Shown one piece after another: positions 34,135 through 48,800 of a DNA stretch of 64,000 nt; the first letter of the stretch is position 1, and each line of letters opens with the position of its first letter. The notes under the pieces are model-generated. The model made no database searches. It saw only the letters and a program-made list of their open reading frames with translations, and was not told where the DNA came from. The stretch comes from Hormiphora californensis. Its lineage: Eukaryota; Animalia; Ctenophora. A program made the translations under genes and the position numbers. The stretch covers positions 4,650,001 through 4,714,000 of the forward strand of contig CM035360.1 of NCBI GenBank assembly GCA_020137815.1, in the 5' to 3' direction.

Positions 34135-35699
34135 CTCTCCTTCTCTCTCTCTCTCTCTCACTCTCTCTATATCGCCTGATCCGTTGATAGCAATTGTCAC
34201 TTGGTTATAATAGGCGTGATATGTTAAAACTATAGCTGTCTCTTCGATCGAGAGTAGAGAGAGGGAGAGAGAGAGACACACTAACGAGAGGGAGAAGGTC
34301 TCTATATCTGCCTCTCACTCTCTCTCCTTTATCTCTCTTTATCACTCTCTATTTGAGATTTCCTTGACGAATGAATCCCAATAAATCATCATGAATTCAT
34401 TTGACTGATACTTTAAATATTCTGTTATAATTACTTGAGTGATCTTCGTCACGATTCTTTGCTTTCCTCGATTTTGCCACTATTTATTTGACCTACGCTG
34501 CAGTCCCCTGTATTATAGTAGCTGTGAAAATTGTCTGAATTCATTTATATATACGTCACTATTATCAAAGACCGTTCAACTCTTGCAGACCTTCACGCTC
34601 CAATCACAATACGTCAATGTTTCAAAATTACCTCTAAGTCAAACTGCATCGCGGTAGTAGGGCACCGGGCACGCTTTGCGTTCTTAGGCAAGGTAGGGGT
34701 AACTTCGGGATAACTTCGCTACCAAAATTCTCCCCTGTATTACTTGCTATATCCAATATATATTCTCAGCAGAGTGAATCAGTATTATAAGAAACTAACT
34801 GTATAAGCTATAGGGCGCGAAAGGTAATTGCAATCGTTACGCTCCACTATTTGTACCAATGCTTGCCTGGTACCTATCGATATATGTAAACTGGATTAGT
34901 TAACGCCTGCATAAGCCTGCCATAACTATTACATTGTGTCTCCTTGGAGACTGACAACATTATTATTAATCCAGTGATTCCATCTTGTATTGAACAGCTT
35001 CACATGGAAATTTGTAAGACCAGGATCCTGATTCTCGAGAAAAGAGATCATGTGTATTATATCCAAACTGGACCATATATCCCCGGCCATTCAGTTTACA
35101 TTCCATATTATTATCACTAATTTTTCCTTTGTCATACAACAATGTAGCAACAGCTGTAATTTCTATATAATAGCTGCTCTCCCTATAGCTGATCGTGTTC
35201 ATCAATAAAGTGAGTTGCAGATAGAGAGAGAGGAAATAATATAAGGGTTTTCATCCTCTCCTGCAATTGTATCGTTCGTGTGTTCTTCGCTTCGATTTTC
35301 CGTGATCCAATATCAGATCCTATATCAGTCATATAGCTTTTCTGGTTTAATAGGTATACAATATAATAAACCTCAGATATTAGATTAGAGAAGGTCTGAA
35401 GGTAAGGGAAAAGGAAGGTCTAAAGGCAAGGGAAGGTAAGGTCTGGAGGAAAAGGGAAGGGAAGGCCTGGAGGCAAGGGAAAGGGAAGGTCTAGAGGTAA
35501 AGGGAATGGAAGTGGACTGTGGAGGTTCATCTGATCCCTCTCTATAAACCACATCTTAACTGTTCAGTTCCTCGTGCGATCACTTGACAGGTGACAACAA
35601 CTCCGTTTATATATGGTTACATCGTTTCAACGTCTAGAATATTGCCACTGAAATCCTCGAGCACAGATCGTATCAAGTTCAGTTCGTAGAGATATAATA

Positions 35700-35799
35700 C
35701 AGTCGGACCCCGATTTAGGGGCCCCCGATTTAGTGGACACCCCGATTTAGTGGACAAGAGCCTTTCCCCCGAGGGTGTCCCTAAATCGGGGTCCGACTG
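35700..35799. mobile_element. CAGTCGGACCCCG MITE, 100 bp, TA TSD
   Basis: Looks like an internal-deletion derivative of the 32526-32697 type. Confidence 0.88.
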
Positions 35800-35854
35800 T
35801 AGTATTAATATTTAAGGGTGGTGTACTAGTTCCTATATATTCCTATATAGTTCC

Positions 35855-36627
35855 TATAACGGGTGACAACTAAAAATCTGGACAATTTTCTGTGAGCTCT
35901 AGCGCCGTCTCTGTTTGAGATACAGCTTCAGGACAGTGATAGAACGATTTTTCAGACAATTTTGAATCAGAATAACATAACGGGAAAGACTAAAAAGTTC
36001 ACTTTCATTGCCATATCGCATCATTTCCTCTTGACCCACCAAAGCATGTAGTACGGAGATTTGAGATTTCTATGTGATCAGAAACAACCTTCCCGATGAA
36101 ATAGAATTCTCAAAATTGGAAGTCTGGTAGTTCATGCCATAACCAACATAACTGCCAAGTTTCAACATTTTAGCTCATCAGGAAGTTGGTTTTCCACGTC
36201 ATAAATGTTTCGAGAGATCGTCAAAATGGCGATTTCTCAAATTACCTGTAAACTACGATTTGAAAGGTTTGTTACAGATGATTCTGTGATCAGAATTGAG
36301 ATTAACGGAGTGTGAAACAAAGTTAATTTCGTTCAAAATTGTCTGGAAAATCATTCTATTGCTGCCCCGAAGCTGTATCTCAAAAAGAACAGGCGCTAGA
36401 CGTGCTAGAAAAGTGTATAATTTTCACGTAATACATGCTTTGGTGGGGCAAGAGGAAATGATGCGATATCGCAATGAAAATGAACTTTTCAGTCTATCCC
36501 GTTGTGTTATTCTGATTCAAAATTGTCTGAAAAATCGTTCTATCACTGTCCTGAAGCTGTATCTCAAACAGAGACGGCGCTAGAGCTCACAGAAAATTGT
36601 CCAGATTTTTAGTTGTCACCCGTTATA
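35855..36627. mobile_element. TA-flanked MITE, ~770 bp, long TIRs (TATAACGGGTGACAACTAAAAATCTGG)
   Basis: About 195-bp inverted arms, plus an internal diverged third copy of part of the arm at ~36330-36410. Confidence 0.85.
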
Positions 36628-38493
36628 TTATAGCAATGACGTCAAACAGTTGACACGAGCTGCGGGTTTAAATTCATGATTTCGAGATGGCACTGGCAGT
36701 TCTGAAATTAAATGTCATAATTTCTTGTTGTATATAACAAACACAATAATCGATCCTATATTATACATGTGTGTGTTCTGTACCTTGAATCTGATTCTTC
36801 CACACTATAACAGTTACATCATGATCTGACATTATAATGTGATGGCCCCTATTATATAATCTGCTACATCATACATATGTTACACAATTGAATGCACATT
36901 GTCTGATGTAATTGTTTCAGTTAGTTACATTACAATGCATGATCCGAGATCAGCTAGAGTACGTGTCTATAATATAGTGTATTCCTTATTCTAGCTGCTC
37001 TCATATTTGCAGCTCCTCTAAGAGCAATCTTCATTTATGTATTATATGCTGGTAATATACGGGACCATGCTCTCTCTCTCTCCCATTTGGGAACGTCTTG
37101 TAGCCTGTCCTTGCTAGCTATAAATAATACATCAATATGGGACCCATATTATGGGTCATAGGCATATTTAAACTACTATCTAGTGATATAAATTTAATGA
37201 GTTTGATTTGTTCCATCAAGTGCTCGCCTTCCCTGGCCTTTACGAGAACCATTTAATTTACTAAGAATTCCTTGATAATTTAATAGTTGCACTCGTTTAA
37301 CGAAAATAAGACCTCAAACAAACATTGATCTAGAATACTCTAGTTAGATTTAGAAGTTTGTATCCTGGTAGAGTGCTCGATCCGGGGATGCGGAGAGCTG
37401 AACTATTGTGACTATTGTGACTATTGTTTCACTTGTCACAATAGATCTAGAATACTCCATCTGTTTGCAGGATTGCAGCAACGCGTTGTTTTTTCAGCAT
37501 ATATGCCTCCCTGCGTTGCTTTTCATCTTTTCATTTTGCGTTGCTTTTCATTTTGTCTGTGGCCCCTGCATTCTGTTGATGACGCGTTACCTCGTACAAT
37601 GATTTCTGGCTGTGGCCTGAAAGCCCCCTTGATCACTCTACGGAACTTTTCCTGAATCAGCTGATGAAAACGAATCCACTGCAACCGCCAACCGGATTTA
37701 GCTATCTATCTTATCGGGAAGTCTAGACTTAAAATTGTTTAGACTCCCCAACCAAATAGAAAACGATAAAATCCCGTTGCATTGGATTGGTATCATAATG
37801 CAAATGAGTCCACATTTTTCGAGGCCAGCATCAAAGTACAGTAAGAAATGAAGGAGGTCGCTAGGCTCCTTTTCAGTTCTTTGTGTGGCTGTGTGCTGCA
37901 TGATGACCTGTCAGCGTGATCCTGCAATCACTCAAAGGGTCGCAGTGCAATATGTCACGGCAGTCAACAGCAGTTAACCATTATATATTCTTAGCTACTA
38001 TATATCTTGTCTCGCCTCTCGCTGACTCGCCAGTGCTCCCTGCGTTACCTCTTAACTTGTCTCTGCACCCCTGATATATGCAGATTGGTTACAGAATTTG
38101 TACTCAAATACTTAACCGATCTTCAGTGGGGGTTCAGGCATGACCTGTCAGAGCATTGGCCTGACCCATTCTCGCGCGAGAACTGTGGTCAGAGCATTGG
38201 CCTGACAGGGCATGACAGTTTTCCCCCAGTAGGTATATTGTAATGCAAACCGTATGCCAGATATCGCGCTGACCCTTTCTCATACACTTCGGAGGAGAGA
38301 GGTCAGACATATCGATGGCATTTGTCCAGTTATTGGTTCCTTTGCAATTTAAGTGATTAGAATGAAGATATTTGAGAGACACCTTTTCACAAAAATGATA
38401 TTTGTACCATCTTATATCTTCTTTTTTTCATTAAATGGCACTAGATACCACCTTGGCACCTTTTTTCATTGCTTTTTGATTACCTACATAGTA

Positions 38494-38664
38494 CAGTCGG
38501 ACCCCGATTTAGTGGCCCCCGGATTAGTGGCACCCCGATTTAGTGGCAGGATTTTTTTCCCCCGATATAGGAAATTAACATTATTTGACCCCGATTTAGT
38601 GGCACCTCGATTTAGTGGCAGGATTTTTTTCCCCCGAGGATGCCACTAAATCGGGGTCCGACTG
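38494..38664. mobile_element. CAGTCGGACCCCG MITE, 171 bp, TA TSD
   Basis: Same TIR family. Lies ~130 bp upstream of the GPCR ATG. Confidence 0.88.
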
Positions 38665-38792
38665 TAGTACCATTTTATAGCAATTTCATTAAGATGCCAG
38701 CTTACTTTCATCACAAATTTTTCTGGTAGACTTGATGACTTAGTAGTCAGTTTCCATACATAATGCTAACTTATTCATTCTTTTTTTAGAGT

Positions 38793-41700
38793 ATGGGAGA
38801 ACTAAATGAACTGAACACAACTGAGAGTCCTGGAAATTTGACCACAAATCATGCCTTCCTCACTACTATATCAGTCTTCTACCTGTTCCTCTCGATATAC
38901 ATAACTGGCATCAACATGGTGGAGCTGTTGATCATATCTCGTATCAAGATCACATCATCTACCGTCTTCATAGCCAGGTATAATAATTATGATGCTAGCT
39001 CAGGTTATATAATTGTCTTTTCTCATCTATTTTATTTCTTCCCAACGAAATAATACAACTGTATTTATTTTAGTTTATTTGTTGTAATTATTCTATTTGA
39101 CATTTGTTCCACAGATTTCTTAACCATGAATTATTTCAGTTTAGCTGGTGCGGATATGGTGACTGGACTCTTTCTCATCCTACCATCCTCAATATCTGTC
39201 ATTGCTAACGGACAAGGATTCTTTCTTGGAAATATTGCCTGTCAAATAACAGGTGAGATCATATGCATTGATTTACTCCGGTCTTACAATTTGAAAAATG
39301 AGTTGCTGCACATTTCTCACCAGCATTATATCACCACCTTCTATATAAAGCTCTGATCACTTAAAAATATTCAATTCAGTTAGACCTGTCGCCACATTAG
39401 ATATTTTACAATCAAAATGAGAGTCATATCTCTTACTATGGAGCAGCTCGAGTACGAAAAGTTCGCAAATTCTTAGTACGCGAAAATGGAAGGTTTATTA
39501 TGTATAGAATGTTGTCTGCAACATGTTTGGGTGAGTAAAGAGTAGATAAAAAAGAAGGACACCTCGCCTAGATTTAAATTGTGCAATTTAGTTGATTTAC
39601 TAAAAGTAAAAAGGTGCATCTATAATACTAGAACTCCACCTTGTGTGCATACTGAAAACCTTGCGATATGTGTGGAGCAGCTGTTAAAAGAAAAAGTATA
39701 GTAGCTGTAAATCTAAAGGGTTCTGGAAAGGGTTTCATTTTGTTGGAAGTATAATTGCTATTTTCTGTGAAAAGAATCTGGATATGGAATTGACAAAAAT
39801 TTAATGAATTCTTTAGTCCCTTCCTCCTCTACATGATTATATATCCCAGCTAGTCCTAATACGGTTTAACGTTGTAGCTCATGAATTCAGATTTGCTACA
39901 CACATTATAGGGCTCATGTATAAATTGGCACGTGCAGGGGAAGCTTTGTCTAGCACGTGCCCGATAATTGCGGTATCATAGTAGGTGTAGCATGGTTCAC
40001 TAGGTGTGACTGACACACTGGATCTCCCCCTGCAAGAAATACTAACATGAGATGTCTAAGACTTGATATTATATTGCAGCTGGGAAGCAAAATCTTCAAA
40101 AAAAATTTGATTAGCTTTCGAGCAAAATTAATTAAATGCATATATACGAAGGTATATTTCTCAATCTGAACAACTACAAATCACGTGATGTCTTTTAATT
40201 CATTCTAACAAGCATGATCTTACTTGAGGAAGCTTCCACTAGACATATAATCCGCACTAGTCACTTTCTTGGAATTATGGGCAAAAGGTTATCCACCTGA
40301 TATATTATTTTCGGCGGGCAGTGGGTAAACGGTTATCAGGTATGCACACTAAAATAAATATGACGCAGGACGCAATACCCGCTATAAAATACTCAAGAAT
40401 ATCTGCACTTGCACTATTTAACCCTTAAACACCTTAAACACCCTTAAACACCTTAAACACCCTTAACACCACATATCATGAAGAGTTGTAAAATTGAGAC
40501 AGCTATAAAATATCTTCACTTTACCAAATTATGATGTAATTTGAGAACGCTTATATGATCATGAAAATTTTCTTCGTGGGTGCCCAGCAACTTCCACAAT
40601 AAATATATTTGTTTGGTGGATTGTTGCTAGTATTATACAACGATCGACTATAGACGAATAGGCTCGTTCGTTAAACGACGAATGATAGATTAAACGCATC
40701 AATCTTTTATCAATCGATTGTCGATGGATCCACAAATTGATCGATCCACAAATTGATCGAACAAATTTTTGTATGGCAGGTGCTAAAACAATACGGTTGT
40801 TTCCTCTTTGTTATTCTCCCAGCTGTGCTAAACATTCTTCTCCCCATTGTCAAATTATGTGCTAAACATCCTTCTCTCCACTAAGCATCTTTCTCTCCCA
40901 AGGTGTGCTAAGCAATACGGCTATGATGGCGACACTCTTCTCCGTGGTATGGATCACTGTTAACCGGTGGTTTGCCCTAATGACACCCCTTCTTTATCGG
41001 AGCTGCTCAACTACTGCAGTGAGTAACTTTTCATAATACAGGCCAGGGTGGCTACTGACTCTGTATAATCATTGGTCATTATATTATACTACACCGATAT
41101 ATTGATCTCGAATATTATAGGCTCAACTGATTGGATCCAATATATTGATTATTTAAACTAGTAAACCCGTTCGCCCTACGGGCGAATTTCGGGGAACTGG
41201 TATTGGTAGCTGGATTAGGGAACACTGACATCATCAGTCTAACTAATGACATGCACTATCCCATCTTAAGTTACGGTACCGTAGAAGGAGCTCAGGCGGG
41301 ATCGCTGCGAGTTTCTGGTTTCAGAACGTCAGATGATGATCAGGCGATCAAAGTTATAAAAGAACTTACTATTTCGTCTGTTTGCAGTATTCATCTGCCT
41401 TAATCTCTGAGATTGATCATCGGTTCTGTTTAACCTCTAACGTCTTGTTCGTTCTCTCTGCACTTCTTTTGGTGCTGCTCGATGTATGGAAAAGTAGAGA
41501 ATGGCGGTGAGATCTTGCGTGAATAACTCCAATTGTCGCTGTCGTATATCAACAGTTGTTGAAGAGAGCATATTAGCTGGAACAGTGACACAAACTAAAG
41601 CAAGATCAAATGCACGTGCACGTGCAGCAGTATAGTAGCAACATCCATTGGCAACGGCTCCGACCCCTGGCCCCACTCCAATAGTACTCCACAGTCCACC

Positions 41701-43318
41701 TCTAAACCTGCACGTGCTAAATGCCATATAAGGTAAAAAACGTCACACAGGATTTCCCTATTTGCTTTAATAATAGTATGATTGTGACGCACGAGAAACG
41801 GTTAAATGGTTTGACAGTGGACTAAAAATATCTCGGTGCTCCCTAGTATAACAAACAATATCTGATAGTTAGTCCGAAACTAATACTTTCGGAAAGTATA
41901 TATTATTATAATGAGATCTGATCAGGATTAAAGTATATATCCTTACGATTTAAATTTCTGACTAAATATCTGTCTAGTCACTAGGGATAACGATTATACT
42001 ATCGTTGGAAGAGAGCTGTCATGAATACTTCAGTATAAAGATAGCAGCAATTTTGCTGTCATGAAAGAAAGAATAAAATGCTTTGCCGAGAATTTAAATG
42101 GAGTAAAAAAAATGAATCATAATGAATTTCAGAACGCTTACGCCTTCGTTGGAGCAACTTGGATTCTTTGTACTTTGAGATCCCTCGCGCCGTACATAGC
42201 TAGTAGTGAGTAAGTAGAGAAGTGAAATTATTTTGTTGAAAACAAAATGTAAATGTTTTATCTACAAATATTCAATGGTTTGTTATTAATTAAAACATTT
42301 TGGATAGTATGTATAGAATTCCCCTTCATTTTCACTAAATTAACATTAAAACTTTCCAGATACGAGTACTATGCTTCGACGGGAATGTGTAGTTTTGGAA
42401 CAGCTATTTTCAAGCCCCATGAGATGTTAGCATACTCAATCCTGATTTCTCTTCCCTTCGTATTCTGTCTCATTCCCCTAATCTACTGCCCCGTCCACAT
42501 GACCCTCATCTTAACCCGCAGACAGGTGGGGATTTTTTTAGTGAATTGAGAAGATATTTTCAACTCTAACTAACTTTAGTTATGTAGAGAGATATTTGTA
42601 GAGAATTGAAGATAGCGATACAGAGAATTAAAGAGTTAAATGGTTATAAAGAGAAATTTGTATTCTGAATAATGAGTTCAGAGCAAGAATTAAAGAGAGA
42701 TTTAGTGCGCTAAAATTTCTTTAAAATGACAGTTACTTCTTACCCTTTTTCATCTTCTGCTATCAGAAGATAAGTTGTCTGCAGATTTGACCTTATATAT
42801 CCATTATAACGAACATTTACACCCTCCCCATTTTATTCCAGGCTCAAGGCACAATCAAAAAGACGAGTAGAGGGCAATTCAAACGTCTCGCTAACGTCAG
42901 TACTTCCAGTTTCGCACCCAACACCAACGGGCCTGCTTCAGTGTTGGGACGATCAAAATCCTTGAAAACACGACAAACGGAGCGAAATGCAACAATAACT
43001 ACAGTGCTGGTGGTGTGCAGTTTTGTGGTATGCTACAGTATCCACTACTTTTTTGTGGTCAGCTACAGCGTGTACCTAGCTACGGGGCAAACCGTTACTA
43101 TTGATAGTGATAGTGTCTACCTCACACTGGAAACATGTTGGTTGTTGTTTATGAATATCAACAGTGCCCTCAACCCAGTGATATACCTGTTCAGGAACAC
43201 TACCTTTAAACATGAGCTGTTTAATCTAAAGAACAACTTACTAAAGTATGCGGGTAAGGATACGGTGCCACATTTCGTAATGAGGGAGAAGGGTACCACT
43301 AGTTCGTACAGCTGTTAA
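38793..43318 (+). CDS. Rhodopsin-class (class A) GPCR, orphan
   Basis: Exons 38793-38977, 39140-39252, 40903-41018, 42133-42209, 42360-42525, 42842-43318. N-terminal NxT sites, TM2 SLAGAD, TM3 Cys and NRW, TM4 W, ECL2 Cys, TM6 FVVCYS, TM7 NSALNPVIY, helix 8 FK. Confidence 0.92.
41158..41916 (-). mobile_element. Non-autonomous Helitron in GPCR intron 3
   Basis: On the - strand it begins A|TC (41916) and ends with hairpin TTCGCCC-gta-GGGCGAA followed by CTAG|T (41158). No TSD. The 5' boundary is less certain. Confidence 0.7.
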
Positions 43319-44240
43319 TGAGGGAGAAGGGTACCACTAGTTCGTACAGCTGTTAATGAGGGAGAAGGGTACCACTGTTAGAAATGATCTTGTTCGGGTT
43401 TGAACAAAACAAGTTAAACACGGCCCTTCATGGTGTAGAAGCCAGAAGGCATCATATGGGTGATGTTGTCAGAGCATTGGCAGATGACAGCGGTGACATG
43501 TGAGATCGTGGGGACAACTAGGATTGAGAAAGACTCACAACGAATTATCAGCTGTTATATTAGCTGTTGATAGTTTTTTGAGATCTATCACGGTCGCTTG
43601 TAGAGAAGAAACGGTATCCAAACACTGTACGCAGACGCACCTTTTGCGTAATATATAAAGCTTGAATTGTTCATACGGGAGCACGAACAAAGTGTCAGGC
43701 GACTCAAAGTAAAGCGTGGGTTAGCAAACTTTTTCAGCGATAGATCAGGCTGAATATGTGTTATTACCCCCGTGCTACGTAAAGTGTGCATCTGCACACG
43801 GTGTTTGGACACCGTTTCTCCACTACAAGCGACACTGTATGTCGTGTATATTTCAGTTTTAATTACTCGTGCTAGAAAAATGTCCCAAAAATGTTAAAAC
43901 ATTGAATTCTGCGGGCACAGGAGAACAAGCTTTTTTGGGGACAAAAACTGGATAAAAATATTTTTGGTAAAGCTGTAAATGTCGCTGCCTGCAAACGTAC
44001 CTCGTTTATGTATATAAATATTAAATCAAACTGTTTTCATTGTTTCGTTATAATAGAGTTTTACTTTGACAGCATTTTTATTTTATAACCCTCCGGCCTC
44101 CTTTATATTAACATATGTGAGACACTGCCAACAAGGCGAACCCTGCAATGTACTGGAGCTGCTTCTTCGTACGAGTAACTCAACCTTTATCTTTTATTGA
44201 AACCAGAAGTAAAATATACAAACTATGGTTCGTCAGGCCT

Positions 44241-45158
44241 TGATTTGATTTGATAGGAGCGGTTGCCATGGGCGTGAACCCCTGTTGGGGACCCTACGCA
44301 CAGGGCCAATCACTTAGTGATACCAGCACCGCTAATGATGGCCGTGAGGTATGGGAAGGATTATGGGGGGCATAACCCTGGTGGGGAAAGTCGACTGCTG
44401 CGGGGGAGGTGAGGGGGGTTGCAGCAGTCGTCTTTGGGATGCGCTGCATTGCGTGCTTCTATGTCGTTGTACACATTGCAGTCCTTCCTTTTGATTTTTG
44501 TTGTACTGGTTTCTAGGTATGTGTTTGTTAATTTTTGTTTGATTGTTGTTTAATTTGTGTGTTCTGGTTGTGTTGGTAGTTTGGATCTCTAGTCTACTGT
44601 GTCGTTTATGGTTAATTTCTTTCGTTTCAGGAACAACAGCATTATGTCGATTGCTTCTTTTAGTGGGTTGTTTCTCAGTGTTGAATATATATCACTGTGG
44701 TACGCTCTTCCTGAGAGCTCTTCCCTTTTTTGTGCTATCGCTGGACACTTGCAAATAATATGTTCTACCGTTTCTTCCTCGTGTTGGCATAATGTGCATA
44801 AGCCGTTTTGTGTTTTTCCTATTTTGCCTAGATGGTGGTTGTTTTCTCCATGCTGGGTTATTATGTGAGTGGCTGTTCTGATACTTTGTCGAGTTTTCAT
44901 AAGGTCCTTCGTTTGCTTTGTTATTCTGTTGTATGTTTGTGTGTCTGTTATCATGTGCTGTTCCGTCCTTGTTTCATATGAATTTTGGGTGTCTGCGAGT
45001 AACCGCTTGGTGTGTTTCCCGCCGCTGTTCTCGAATTCTTTGGTAGTTTCTCTTGTTGTCCATTTCTTGAGCTCTTTTATGGCCTGACTGAATGGTGGTG
45101 GGCAAGATCTAATATTCCCATCGATTGTTGCTGCTTTTGCTAGTTCGTCTGCCCTCTC
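44241..45158 (-). mobile_element. 5'-truncated non-LTR retrotransposon with RNase H C-terminus and CCHC zinc motif
   Basis: Open frame NERADELAKAA...CTLCQHEEETVEHIICKCPA to the stop at 44589, 3' UTR, (TCAAA)n tail, and 13-bp TSD GTTCGTCAGGCCT at 44228-44240 and 45159-45171. Confidence 0.9.
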
Positions 45159-45863
45159 GTTCGTCAGGCCTGATTAGGGTTTTGTAAAATTGAGGGCTGA
45201 CGGAAAATCAGCCCGGCCTGCAAGTTTTTTGACCAATTTAAATATCACGAATCACGATACTATCTATTGTTTTGATTCATCACTCAACAGCTTATTTCTT
45301 GAATAGAAAGATTTTTTTCTAAAACGTGACTTGACTGACAATTTGATTAAAATCCATTATATCAAGTTTATTAAACTTTACTGCAATTATCAAGATGTCA
45401 AGTAAGACTATAGATTAGCTCACTGCATTCAATCATGAGTCATTTAGTTTGTTGACATGGCCATGGACACATGTGAGAGATCGATCTCGCTCGCGCTAGG
45501 TGTCACCAAGAGTCATTTACATAGTATCGAGTTATTCGATTAAGAAACTAATGATTGACCCGTTTAATTGAAACCCACGAATGATATTCTGAACTCCTTG
45601 ATCTATAACCAATGATTATCAATCATAATTCAATTCAAAATCAATCATGGATAACTCCTTGACAATAAGAAATCAACAACGTTCACTGCCACACAACATA
45701 ACCAATGAAAAAGGAATTCATCCTTTAAAGAATTATATCCATCAAGAGACTTTTGAACAACATCTATATACACAAAGTGTCAATCAAGATAAGTTAATTT
45801 GTAGCAGTCCTGAAAGTTAACTTTTGAAGGTACCGAACAATTTGGACGATCATCACGGCTTAG

Positions 45864-48800
45864 TCAGTCCATTTTTTCATCCTTCTTTCTCCTCACAAAT
45901 GTGTTCAGTATATCCACCTAAAGGAATTGTTATCACAAAGTTTATATAAATACCCTGTTGGATCTAATCATAGATCTAATGTTCGATGAACTTGAAACAA
46001 ATCATGGATTTGTAAAGTCGTAAAGATATTAGTTTGACTTCAACATTTCATGACAGAACTATATCACCAATTACCGGGAATTATAGGGAAGCTAATATAT
46101 TACCGGTATCGGGAAGATGATGGTACTATTCTTCTCAGCGGCGACAGTACACAGCGTCTGTAGATATCGGAGCTGGAGGGCTGCTGGGGACTCAGTTATG
46201 ACATCTGCAGCTTCTTTCAGCGCCTGGCTCGCTTTTAGCTCTCCAGTAGCCGCAACGACCTAGAAAAACAACAGCTTGAAACTTGGCATATATGCGCCTA
46301 TCTGCAGACCCCATCTGAGCGCAATTATATCGAGAATCAACTCGGGGTCTGGCGCCGGACAATTACTGCAGAACCCTTTGGGAATCCCAAAGGTTGGGAT
46401 AAGACAGCGCATTCCAACAGTGAAACATGTGACCGAGAAACGAATGATGTATGTTTTCAACTTCACATCGAATACAATTTACCTTGGCACGTGCATCCCT
46501 GTCCGCCTCTGCCTCTGCCGCCATTGCTCTCTGTAACGACAAGGGCAACTTGACATCTTTTCTGATGGGACATTTTGTTTATTAATTGTTTCTTCTGACG
46601 AAATATATTCATCTAGAAATCAGATAGCAAAAAATACTGACTGAATGAACTTAATTCCAATGAAAGATCTTTTATTTTCTTCTTTTTATTTACTACTTCG
46701 CTTCTAAGTTCGGTCATGCGAAACACGTTTGCCAGTCAGACCCACTATATTACGCAGCCTCTCTCCCCCCTAATTAGGACTAGTAAATGTTAACTACGAG
46801 GGCTAAATGTTACATCTGAGCTTTACCAAAACTAGGCTCTATGAGAGATAGTTAGGATAGACAATAATTAGTTACAACTTACTAGAGAGAGACATTTGCC
46901 ACACCCTGCACACGTCACATTAAGATGTGATGGCCACGTGTTTAAATGTGGAGTTTCCTAAGTTTCTCACCTCGGAACTACCTTACTATAGTTTTATAAG
47001 CAACGATTAAATATAATAAGAAACTTTTCAGATTGAAATCACACAATTAAGAACCCCCCCTGCCCCCTCTTAACAAAATAATTGGAACCTCTACTTTTTA
47101 CACACACGATCTGTCTGGCGCCGCCGACCCCAACTGATCTAGCGCCACCAGACAGCGTACATGACTTACACTTCGACACGTTCCACGACGACTCCCCATG
47201 GGTCAGTGGCTTCATCGAGAGTGCTCTGCATCCCGTTTGCTATCACCTCCCTCTCACTCAGAATACCCGCCAACGTTCTTGTTCCTGTTTAGTGGATAAT
47301 TAAGTATAAGTAGAAGTAATTAGTTCCTGTTGGTAGGTAATCAGTAAAGCTAATATAAGGTTTGCAGCTTGTCCGTAAGATGATTATGTTTAATAGGAAT
47401 CCGTGATAGAGAGCTGAGAGAGAAAGTTTCTAACACATTGCACAAGAAACCTCCTAGATGAGCTGCAACTCGGAGCTGGATATTGTAATGATACCAGGAA
47501 CCGACCGACACAAGTAAACAACCAATTAGAACTCGTTAGTTAGGTGACGTGGCTGGTTATCAGCCAATCAGGGACCAGTATTTCCTGATTCGGTCGGTTC
47601 CTGAATGATACCTAGCATATTCCTGAGGGTAGTCTGTGCTAGGAGTTTAGTTGCTTTCTGAACATCATCCACATTACACACACTCCATATTGCATCCCGT
47701 ATCCGATAGTAAACTACTGCATCCACAGTCACAGTCACACTATCCTTCGTTAAAATCTACACAGAGATCAGTTATTGCTGAAATGCTGAATTAAAATATG
47801 ATAATGAGAAATTAAACTGTCATAAGAAGCATTCCTATATATAATAGCGATCGTACTTGCTTGCAGACCCACGATCATAGCTCCTCCAAGGGCTAGAAAC
47901 ATCTTGACAGCGTAGCCCGACTCCCGAGTATGGGATATTTTTTATTCATCTATTATAATCCAAATTAGGTTTATAGTTTACGGCTCCCTCAATGATCGAA
48001 TATTAACTTCCTATAAACACTTTCACCATGCTTGTTTTTGTAGCTCTGGTCGTAGTTCAGGGGCTCTTAGTGTCATGCGACTCAACTCTCCTAGTATCCG
48101 GGCAAGAAAGTCGAGACTTGGAAGGCCTTTTGGAGGAAATTTCAGCACGGCTTGAAAGACTGGAGGCGAAACTAGCCGAGGCAGAGGAAGTTTATGAAGG
48201 GTCTTCGGAAGAGATTGGGGAATTGTCATATGTGAAATATACCCCGTATGAACCGTAAGTATTCAAGTTTTCCGTTTCTGTATCTGGTCTTGTTTGTACT
48301 GGAGCCTGTCAGAGCATTGGCCTGACCCTATTCTCATTTCTCTCAATGAGCGCGCGAGAACTGTGGTCAGAGCATTGGCCTGACAGACTGAAGAAGTCCT
48401 ATAAAGACTAAGAGGTCCGGGCGTAACAGTGCTGCTTGTAGTCGTATTACCGTAATAGAAATACAGTAAGGAGACATGCATGTTTCATAACAAGCGACCG
48501 TGTTATGGTCTTTATAGAATTTCACCCAGAAAAGAATTTACGAAGGCCGAAGGGTAAATCATAAATATTAGACAAGACTTTTTCGTTTATAAATTTTCAT
48601 AATTTTCATGAACATATTGCAATATTCAACTAGTTAAAAGTAAACGTTTTTATGAAGAAAATATAGGTATAGCAATAGTTTTAGGACGCTACTGCTAGAC
48701 TTAACTTTTAGAACACATTATCAGAACGTTTAACCTAGTCTGCACGTTCTGATAATGCGTTCTCATGATAAATTGCAGGAACCGACCGAAACATGAAATA

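Noticed and set aside
34690-34720. gtaacttcgggataa, resembling an LSU rRNA motif
   Set aside because: The match is too short and has no flanking rRNA similarity. A related motif occurs at ~54420 as a dispersed repeat.
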